From the NCBI GenBank assembly GCA_040954595.2, contig CM082579.2, positions 4,267,227 through 4,331,226 of the forward strand: a stretch of DNA of 64,000 bases, read 5' to 3'. The translations under genes were made by a program, and so were the position numbers. This stretch comes from Balanoglossus misakiensis. Taxonomy: Eukaryota > Animalia > Hemichordata. The notes beneath the pieces were generated by a model, which was not told the origin of the DNA, did no database searches, and saw nothing but the letters and a program-made list of their open reading frames with translations. Positions 53,881-64,000 of this stretch are shown piece after piece. The stretch's first letter is position 1. The number at the start of each line of letters is the position of its first letter.

Positions 53881-56800
53881 ACTGATCGTAGTGGTAAATG
53901 ACCGATCGCTCAGTGGGGACAACCGCCAGGCTTGTCGGGAAACCTGTCCGTTGTACAGTGCGCATAATGCGTGTGTGTGTGACAACGCTGTAATTTCTCG
54001 CCGTTCACTTCACAGTTCAGTTTGCATTTCAAATGATAGCATAATTGCACTGTAAACAATCATCGAGCCTGTTAAGGCTGTATCTCATTCGGCGTGGACA
54101 AACAGTCGAGCAAACGGCCAAATAGCTGATATCAAAAATAATGCCTTAGGATAAAGTGAACGAGATCCACAGCTGTGAACGATGTTTTGAGTCGGGAAAA
54201 CGCGAACTTCGTAATATTAATGGTTGCCCGTTAGTCGTAAATCGGCAATGACCGACCTTGTAAGTTCTAAAAACCATTTGGCCGATGCAAAAGAGGGCCT
54301 TCGCCAAGAATGAGACAATTCCTTTTGTTGAAGTGGGTGCGGGATTACCAAAATAACAGTTACTGTTATTAAACGCAAGGTACAATTGGCCGAGTCACGA
54401 TAGATCCCTCGTACTGGGCACGAAGAATGCGCAGGGGTCGAGAGGTGTCAGCTTCGACAACAATCCCGATCCAAGTTGTCGAAAGCGAGTGGTGAGGAGG
54501 CTTATCCCTCTGTCAGTCTTCTCAATGGTGAATAATTGCCCAAGTCAACCTACCGTTGCTCAAATTCTGGTTAAAAAACACATTTCCTAGAAGTATACGG
54601 GAAATAAGGGAGTAACGATTCTCGGCATTTTGTCTTGCGGACCTATAGGGAGCATTACGAATGGAAATCTGCTCTGTTAGTCGGATTACAAGAGAAATGT
54701 AAACAGCGGTTGACCCGACATAACCCGATTGAGGTGGGACCTGTATCGATAACAACTGGTTTACTACCCCGGGGTTGCCACCCAACGTAAAATGCTGCCG
54801 TCGAACGGAACAAGAGAAAAGAAAACCGAGTTACATCCTTTCCGTTGCTCATTAAACGCGTCCGACGTCATTTCCTAACAACCAGATCGCGCCGGCTCTA
54901 TTCGTTTCTCGGGCGACCGGCACGATCATCCGAACAATCTTCGGGTCGTGCGATTGCCAGGAAAACATCTTGTCTGTGGTATTTTTGTACACAAAGCCAA
55001 TAATCGGCGACAAGGTTGCCGTGGCAAGTCGAACGCATTCTTCAAATTGTTGGTCACTTTCAGGTGTTTGATCGATGCAATAATCTTTACGAATTCTCGA
55101 CGGTTATTAAATACAGCGAGATATTACAGGCTTATATGACGACATTAACTGAGACGAGGAGCCTTGAGATCGAAATGATTCATCCCAGTGACAGGGTCAT
55201 CCAAAGGACGACTATGTTGATCACGTGACAACGACTGATTTTGAGTTTAAAACTGGCGTAACTCCGTAGTAAAATTCACTCAATCTGAAAGATTACATGA
55301 TGATAGCGCGCGTAGAGTTCAACCATTAATGGATTCGATCAAATCGTATTTACTTTTTTTTCTACAAATGTTAATGTAGACTCTTAAAACCCCCATTCCT
55401 CACTATATATACATAATTCGAAGTATTTTTTATCATGAAAATCTGTTTACAAGTAAAGTTATATAGTTATGCCTTTGTTAACAGCAAACCGTCATCGGTA
55501 AGAGAATAATTTAAAATTTCTCATGACATTCTAAAACAAAACGGAACGGAACTGACAACAACATACTCAGTGCGATGTTAGTTAGTGATCTAAATGTATG
55601 GACAAAACTGACCGTATATAGTTGCTTCCACCGAAAGAGCAAATCGCACCGCATTCTGGCATTACGACCCCGGCGACGGTACACACGATAAACCTTAATG
55701 ATCATACATTTACACGTTTTAAAGCACATATCTGAATGGACGTCACAATGGTCGCTTTAGAATTTCTCGGCGACAAAATGAAAACGCAACGGGGGATTTG
55801 GGGGTTGACGACGTCAGTTCGCGCCTGTCAGATACATTCCCGCCTTTCTTTCGTTTGTTTGACCGTTTTGACCGCTACACAAATCTTATTACCGGTGGTA
55901 CTCACGCAACAATGATGTAAATTTACGATCAGTCCTTTAGGAATGTTGAGATTACTTTCTCACTCACTTGTAAAGTTTGCCATCGGTTCTTTTTGATATC
56001 ACCACTTGGAGGCGCTTTTTTCTGTCTCTCGTTACAGTCTGAGGGACCGTGGTTCAGTCAAAACGTCCATCTCACATAGGGCACACACCCAGTCGTGGTT
56101 TTCTCAGTATCTCTCAATGTATTCAAGTTGATAAACTTAAACTATGCGAGGCGTGGTTACCAATGATATACAAGCCAGGGCCATGGTGGAAATACTGGCC
56201 GCTCCTGTCCTTGAAATGTCACGAATGTCACGATGACATATTGTCAATTACTAAAAACAAACTGTTTATTTTTTTTATAAGAAGAGGATAATTTTTTTAG
56301 ATGGATGGTTGTTGGATTTTAATTGACGGCGCGTGTGTGTCCCTGTGTCTGAATCTGGCCGCCATCGGCGTTGTCATGAGACGCTGCGTCGCGCAAGAGA
56401 GATTGGCATGCTTGCTATGTTTGACTATGACTTGTGACTGTCGGAGGCAACACGGTGCTATGGAAACTGCGTGCTCTTTCAACAGAGGCGACGCCCAAGC
56501 ACGTTATTTGCCATAACACGAATCGGAAAACAGCGAAGACCCAGCCCTCTATCTATCTGGCCCTCCTTGCATATTGACGCAAACGATAGACGCGGTTGTC
56601 CCCATTGTTGACACGAACTATACAGTTAGCGGCGACAATAGTCATTGTGATCCCAATGCCGAATAGATCAAACGCACACAATGCTGTGGGTGTGGCGTCG
56701 AACGAATGTTTTTAAATGTTTCAAAATCTCTATTTGCTCGCTCTGCAGGCAGCCGCTCACCTCTAAGTAAACTACCCCCAGAGACAAGAACCACAAAGAA

Positions 56801-57386
56801 AGTACCTGTCCATTGTCAATCGGAGCGACTGCCACCAGTTGCCCGCAGAGCCGGCACAAAACGCCGGAGACTTCTCACTGTTTTTATTCCACAATTCCAT
56901 TAGGTGGTCAAATTGGTGCTATGCATGGAATTGTTTTTTTTAGAAACACCGCACAGAAATGGAAGTTCAATTAAACACGCCACAGGCGATTGATCACTAG
57001 GCTGCTATCTTGGCGATCTTAATTAGATTATTCTTGTGAACAATCACATGTTTTAAAGGTATACAGACTGCTGTGTACAGTCGCTTGTGCCGTGAACCTT
57101 CGGTGCTCTGGAGTGATATTCATGACGCACTGAATTCACGCGTGGTGGCGTGTTTCCACTTGCACAACTTGAAGTGGGGGGGGATCTTTTTGTTTTTGAC
57201 AGCGATCGCTGTAATAAAAAAATGGCAGATTTTTGAAAGTACGAGTGTTGTTGCATTAGCGACAGACAATGAGTAGCCCTGCACTCATGTTATGAACGGG
57301 GATGAAAGATCAACGAAATGCTTGCACAATTGTTGAAGACGCCGGAATAGTTCACAGATCGATCGAAAACTAAAGCTACTGTATTA

Positions 57387-58188
57387 GGCTGCATTCACAA
57401 ACACCTCTGGAGGGGGGGGCGGGAGAATTGAGGGGGGGGATTTGAAAAAATTGAGGGTATGTGAGGGGGGGGATTTGAAATAATTTAGGGACTGAAAGGG
57501 GGGGACTTGAAAACTTTAACGACTAAATATTTATTTTGAGTCCACAAAAATGCAGTTTCGCGCCCTTTATTTTACAAAATTTTCTAATGTGGGAGGGGGA
57601 CACCCCCTCCCACACCCACCCCCTCCATTCATCAACACCTTTCAATCATTGACTGGTTTATCTAGTGTCCCAGGTCAGGGGACTTGCCCCACCCCATGAT
57701 AACTTTGAGCGCCGACGGTTAAATTTGTCCTCCCCAACATACCTGTAGTTGAGTTAATTTGCTTTTGCCGGGTTCATTAAAATGCAGCTTTGAGCTCTGT
57801 ATTTTAGAAAATTTTCTTACGTGGGAGGGGGACACCCCCTCCCAAACCCACCCCCTTCAATTCTCGGTTTACAAAGTCTCCAAACACAGAATACAAATAT
57901 ATGTACTTAAAAAATAAAAACAATGTTCAGTTTTAATACCCACTGATGAGGGGAAACATCAGTTTCAAATTCTTTTCATGGGAGCGCTGTTTTTCTTTTT
58001 ACAAGATAGATAGGTGATGTGTTTTGCTCTGTGAAAGACAATGGGGGGGGGGGATTTCAAAATTTTGGCAGTTCGGAAGGGGGGGATTTGAAAATATTGG
58101 CAGTTCGGAAGGGGGGCATGTGAAAATTAGCGGTAAAAAAAATTGAATTCTCCCGCCCCCCCCTCCAGAGGTGTTTGTGAATGCAGCC
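57387..58188. mobile_element. PIF/Harbinger-type (Tourist-like) MITE, ~800 bp
   Basis: ~43-bp terminal inverted repeats GGCTGCATTCACAAACACCTCTGGAGGGGGGGG-CGGGAGAATT, flanked by TTA target-site duplication (57384-57386, 58189-58191). No coding capacity. Confidence 0.92.
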
Positions 58189-60143
58189 TTACGTACATTC
58201 TTTGTATAGGGCTGGTTGGCCCGTGCAAGCTATTTACAGCCACCAATTTACATGTTACTTTTTTTGACCTGCTAACATCTTGACGCCGAAGCAGTCATTG
58301 CAAACACGCCAATGTTAGCGATGACAGTAGTGCACGTGACGTTGAGGTGACCGATTGGCACCACTACACTTGAGAGAATAGTCCGCAGTCTGGCACTTGC
58401 GGTTCTTTGCACGGTATCAGTTTCATGTCCAAACAAACGGGTGTGTTTTTCTTGTCGATGAGCAGCCAAAATAAACGTCTCGGGGATGTGGAGCTTCGAA
58501 TCGAACTATAATACGTCCCTATTTTGTGCAATTTGGAGAACCTTGGGGGTAAATAATCTTCACATTCTTGTCGAAATCAAAAAAGGTGCCAGGGTGTCTG
58601 AATCGTCACTTTGAAACTCGAATTTTGCATTCACAGGCAGTCGTCACGTTTACGTAAGTGAAGTGCTGTGAAACGGTCATTACGCGGGCAAGTATGTTAT
58701 CTTGCCGGGGTGACGCGGTAGGATATACCCGTTCATGCGTGAACGACAGCACGAAGTCATTTAACACTGTCTCGCTGAAGAACTCGAGAGAGCGGCAACA
58801 GGTGGTTGGTAGGAACGAACGACGATTTGTGTCGTTGCCAGGCCCGAAGGCCTGAATAAGGCACGTTATGATTGGTTGAAGGCGGTGGCTATGGCCGCCG
58901 GCAGGTTACAGCTGTATTGGTCTGTGGTTGCTGGCATGCATGCTTTTCTTACAAATGTTGGAGTCGAGTACGTCAGTGTCAATTTCGCTGATGGGTGGGT
59001 GTCTGAGCATATACTTCCTAAGCGCGAAAAAGGGGGCCCCAAAATCAGCGCCTCTGGCAAAATTAAGCATGGCGTTCTCTGTCCAGTTCGATTGCCAGGA
59101 TCGTCAGTCGTAAACGAGGCTACTAAACTGTGCAAAGCCCTGAATTCAAGGTCTCCAAAAACTATACAGCCTCACAAAATTACATTTTTAGCCACAAAAG
59201 GTTTACACATAGTGACAAGGTTGTTGCCAACACACACAGGCATATCCATACCAAGGTTTTTTAATCCTTCGGAGAATAAAATCAATTATGTCAACAAAAT
59301 TGACAGCATAAGTATTTTGTTTCAATTTAGTCATTCAACTAACTTTCTGTGCACTTCTATCGCGTTAGACTATAGAAAGATTACAAATCAATTCGAAGAA
59401 AAAAGAGAATGCTGGATAATCCGGGCATATATTGACATGTGTTTTGTCTGCATTCAGCCATATCGATAGGTGAATTAGTCTTCGCTGTTCGGTTATCGCT
59501 TAGTGACGCAAACGCGGTCCTGTGACAGAAAGTTACCCAAACCAGAGAAATTTGTGGAGACCAAGATATACAGGGGAGGTAGTGGTTCGTGAAATCAGGT
59601 CTGCGGGCCGTTCGTGACGGGTAATCCCCGCTTTTGTTCAATTAACAACCGATTCAACACATCGACGTCGGTGTAAATATAGACTCCTTTTCTTACCGCA
59701 TGTCTCGATTTCGAGAGTGTTTGACAACAGTCATTGAACGGTTTTTGTACATGTAGTTCCCCAAAATGACCTTGCAAGTCGGTGGTCGGATGAACGATGG
59801 AGAAAGGACGATACTTAGTATGTGTTCTTACCTAGCAAGGAAAGGGCGTTATCTTTGTAAAGTAATTAGATGCTGTAAAGAAAAGACTAATTACATGTCT
59901 CAATTTCTTTTCATTTGTTCGTCATCCCAGACTGCTGATTTTTAATTTATCAGTAGTCGTTTGTTGTGATTTTCACGCTATAAATTATTTACAGTTGGCG
60001 AGCTTGGAGTATTGTAGTCCATCTCTCAAGCCGCCATCAAGAGCCTGTTTTACGGCAGAGGCCTATACCCTGTGTCAATGAGAATTGTGTCTTTTATTTC
60101 ATACTGTGGTTTTGACTTACACCGATTTGAACTTGGCCCTCCG

Positions 60144-60157
60144 ATCGCCATGGCAAC
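60144..60157. promoter_or_regulatory. RFX X-box-like element
   Basis: ATCGCCATGGCAAC (GTTGCCATGGCGAT on the minus strand). Confidence 0.5.
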
Positions 60158-60442
60158 GCCACACACAAAGGAGACTCGCGCGCTAGAGGCATATATGTAG
60201 ATGCCATATATTTTACAGTAATTGCATGACCGCGTTTCTTACTTTGATGTCGTCATGACTTGTGGCCACGCGATGCACACACATCGATCACTGCGCGGGA
60301 GAGAATTTCCTGGTGTTTTGTTTGAGTCAATATTTGGAGAGCGAAGCAGAATCGGGTGTTCTGTTCACGATTCGTGATATTTTGCAAATGGTATGAATAC
60401 CTCCGCGAAGCGGGTTCCCTTTTTTGTATGCAACTGACTCAC

Positions 60443-61126
60443 CTGGTTGTCGAAATTGTCCATCACTTTTGCCAGCTTGACATAAAAATGCATCAAGCTG
60501 AGGACCTTCGCTTTCAGCTTGGACGTCCTTTTCTTGGAGTGGTCTTTACCGGTGTCCAGACTCATAGTCCTGCGGCTGCGACTCCTGGTAAAATGGCTTC
60601 CCCTACGCGATAGGCGGCGAGGCGTCCCCTGGCCGTGTTTCTCGTTCATGCCGCTCTGCCCGGCGCACACACTGGCCCGTCGTTGCTTAGCCAATCCATG
60701 GGTTTCCATCATCGGACCCAGACCGGTGTTTCTCCTCGTGAGCCCGGGCTTGCCCGGCGCTTTCTCGGCTACCGACCTCCTTTTCTCGGCGTTTCCCACC
60801 ACATCCCGACGGAGCAGCGACCAGTTCGACAGCCTCCTGGGCGTCGACGTCGTGCCCGGCGGCTGCACCGAGCCTCTCCGCGGCGTGGCCGTCATCGTCG
60901 CCTGGCTCTCCCTTCTCTTCAGCGAGGCCCCGCCGCGACTTTTCTGGTCGGTCAGAGTCATTCTGGAGAGAACGTCGGTGATGATAGACTCCCTCCTCTG
61001 CAGCGACGGTCTAACGCTGGGGGTCTGTAGCTCCCTCATCAGCTGTGACCGCCTCACTTGGTGCGTAGCCATGGTGGCACGCAGCGATCCGCTCATTTCC
61101 AATCCGCCGTCGCCGCTGATCGCCAT
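60443..61126 (-). CDS. Candidate first coding exon A (CNBD2-like gene or an adjacent gene)
   Basis: GC-rich 228-codon ORF with many RRxS/T motifs (RRES x2, RRGS x2, RRLS x2, RRNT, RRAS), ending ...KVMDNFDNQ|gtgagt (strong donor, phase 0). Confidence 0.6.
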
Positions 61127-62149
61127 CACGCCGACGAACACACCAAATTTTATACCCGATACGAACAAAAATCACAAATCGCTGTCTTTATCTTATTCCA
61201 GTGGGCAACGGGACACGATCACCATAGCGACCAATATATTACCTTCTTCAAAAGTCTCAACTGGACCAGTGTGTACTCCTTCCTACTTCTATGGATAAAC
61301 TTACAGGTATTCGTCATCGTATCTCATCGTCGCACGAATCCAAAGAACTCGAGATCATCCGCGTCGCGATACTTATCCTGTTTGGTTTCGCTCAGCACAG
61401 GTGGGAGCAAGTAAGACTCTTCGTACGCTACTGTGAGCGTGTTTACGAGCTGAGCTGAGTACTACTAGTAACATACAAGATAACCCACAAACCCCGGCGG
61501 CTCGTACTGAGTCTGCGCAGTGCAGACGTTTTGGTGCTCACAGACTAATTGCTAATCAAATAATGATTTGTTTTGTATACTATAGACAACAAACAATACT
61601 CGGTCTATGAATAAAGAGCTCGGTCTTTCTTTCTTCCATGCACATCCAACTTTATAACAAACTGTTTGCGGTCAAAAATGGGCGAAAAGTAGAGTCGTCA
61701 TTTGAATATTTATTAGTAGAAGCCACATGCTCCTGAAGAACGTAACAAAAAACCTATGGAAACAAACCTTACGAGTAAATCGATGTTTTTACACCAGTGT
61801 TAAATCGAAGTACTCGAGGGACTCTAATTAGGTTTGAATTACAAATGTCATGAATAATTAACAAATCGGCCACAGCGTAGGCCGTCTTTGTCCTGCTAGA
61901 AATATTACCAGGTGAAGCCTCCTTATACCGGTTGTGAAGTAATAGCATTATGTAAGTGAAATCCATGGAAAGGGAAAGGGCGTGCATTCACAAACTGCAG
62001 TCCCTGGGGACTGGGTTACAATACAATAAAATATATTACGGCATAACCGTGGAATTAGAGGTGAATTCGTTTCATCGCCAGCTAAATTTACAGTGTTAAT
62101 TCGTCTGGCGCAATGCATGTATGCCTGTATCGCCGTCTTTCGGAGCTAG

Positions 62150-62163
62150 GTCGTCATGGTAAC
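62150..62163. promoter_or_regulatory. RFX X-box-like element upstream of exon A
   Basis: GTCGTCATGGTAAC. Confidence 0.5.
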
Positions 62164-63723
62164 GCGTGCTTGCTGTTGGGCCGGTGACCTGGTCTGGTGT
62201 TTAACTTGCGGCCATGGCGATGTCAATTTGACGCTTTGAATTTGACATTCAACGTTTTTACTCAAATTAATCATTCCATTATTCCTTAAATGCTGAAACG
62301 GTGAGGTTATTGTGCATAAAATAGAGTTTCCTATAGGGTTATCGTGTTCTATTGGCACTATATTGTTTCCTTGAGACGTGTCAATTTAAAAGGACTTCAA
62401 TTATTATTCACTGCGTCTGCCAAGTTTAACTACACGTATAAACTACGTATGACTTCACTTTGTTGTTGCATTGAGACATGCATACTGTTCTAATCCCTCT
62501 TATTGAAAATTCATAGTGACGTCAAAGCGTTGTAAGTCATTTTCGCTCGACGTGAATGTTTGGCACAAATGAACAATTTATAACCCATTGAACCCACTAT
62601 TTCAATTTACTTTTACCGTTTGATTTGGAAAGCCTGAGCATTTTCTGAAAGCGTTTCCTGTACGCGACAAAGACGTACTCAATTTCGAGTTGGACTGGTG
62701 GCGTGGCCCTTTTAGTGTCGCCAACGGCTGTTTTTACGCGATCTGTGCATATTTGACATTACGTCACTTGGTGGAGGTGTAACGTGTAAGATTGTAACAC
62801 CTTTCGTATCTATATATAGCGTGTAATTGACCATTCAGTTAGCCTATTGTTTTACAGGTCAGTATTATTCAAGTTGTAAACAATGCAATCAGAGCTAGGT
62901 TTACTGCCGTGTCTGTTCGAGGCTTCTTGACAACGCGGGGGAAAATGTCGCACAGGAAAATTCCTCGTCCCGCTCTCGGTTCTTTTTTGACTCAAATTTT
63001 CATCGGTAGTCTCGCGGCGTCCATCCACCTCGCATTTCTGTGAAAATTAAAGACAACGCCAAAGCACAAAAGCGAATTTCATGAGCGGATTTCACGAGAT
63101 TGTCGTTATGCGACACGTAATTTAAACGATGATCGGCCGCCCAGTATTCAGCTTGCGCCACGACCGACTGCAGCTGTCTCTGCGCTTTGAGAGCGATCGA
63201 ACAAAAGAAGTTCGTTTTTTTCGTTCTCGCCGTTGATGGCACAGGCCATAGTACATTTTAATGCATCGTACGCTGTTCTCGGCTTGAGCTCCGGCACTTT
63301 TCCATGCCACCAAGGGAAACGTTGAGCGCCCGCACACGACTGTCAAATAATCGTTCAAATAGTTTATTAGGTTTTCCATAAATTACATGAATGTCGTGAA
63401 TATTTTAAGTGTTATATCAACATGGAGGGAGTGAGGAGATGTCTGAGAAGAGCCTACTCAGCGCTTTTCAGCAAACAGAAAAACATAAATACTGCTCCCA
63501 TGAATAAAATAGCCGTGCATTTAAAATGTGACATATTAAAATGTGGAAATGTAAATTCTTTGGCTCGAAACCACGGTTAACTTTGTGCTGATTCTATAAT
63601 CATTCACAATTACAACGCGACATAAATCTGTTACTCCTTAATTAAACAACCTGTGGGGGCCTACTCTCAAAACACTGCCGTTTATTCGTCGCCGTGAGCG
63701 ATACTTGACGCCGAGTCGCGCCG

Positions 63724-63763
63724 GTTACCATGGCTACCCGCTCAAGTTTCGTTGCCTAGCAAT
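63724..63763. promoter_or_regulatory. Paired RFX X-boxes, probable promoter of a ciliary gene
   Basis: GTTACCATGGCTAC (63724-63737) and GTTGCCTAGCAAT (63751-63763), with further half-sites (CTAGGTAAC, GTTGCCAT) within ~70 bp. Confidence 0.6.
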
Positions 63764-64000
63764 ACCCACCGACTAACATTTAACACTAGGTAACCGTGAA
63801 AAGGAATGTCAAGCTTGTAAGTGTTGCCATTTTACACGGAAATCTCTGTAATATATATCGCCGAGTATTATAAACATGTCTGATTTGTGTACACAAAGCA
63901 GCCATTCAAACTCACGTCGTTAAAAATCTGCTGGCTTTCAGCCACAAAAGTCAATGTGCTTAAGTGCAAAAAGAGAAAGAAAGTCGCGATTGGGCAAGAC

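Noticed and set aside
58876-59469. 197-aa plus-strand ORF
   Set aside because: Non-ATG start, no motifs and runs into AT-rich sequence; likely spurious.
60519-61298. 259-aa plus-strand ORF
   Set aside because: Antisense shadow of GC-rich exon A.

Overview
This is eukaryotic, intron-containing animal DNA. Gene content and the frequent TACATGTA motif suggest a marine invertebrate deuterostome such as a hemichordate or amphioxus (inference). From left to right the window holds: the last exon of one FAXDC2-like sterol desaturase/fatty acid hydroxylase gene and a complete tandem paralogue; a solitary replication-dependent histone H1 gene with its 3' stem-loop; an intronless divergent class A GPCR; an FN3 single-pass membrane protein; a GH3-domain gene (GHDC-like); an SLC49/FLVCR-family MFS transporter; two tandem secreted PAN/Apple-domain genes; a ~14.3 kb array of ~165 copies of an 87-bp satellite; and a CNBD2-like cyclic-nucleotide-binding gene. 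The CNBD2-like 5' region contains three large phase-0 candidate alternative first exons, several RFX X-boxes and a Harbinger-type MITE. The most notable observations are (1) strong amino-acid-biased divergence between the two PAN genes, (2) the satellite's phased A-tracts, higher-order variant pattern, shared degenerate edge monomers and a relative inside the PAN-2 intron, and (3) the candidate variable-N-terminus layout of the CNBD2-like gene. All exon models and counts were made by eye, and no database searches were run.
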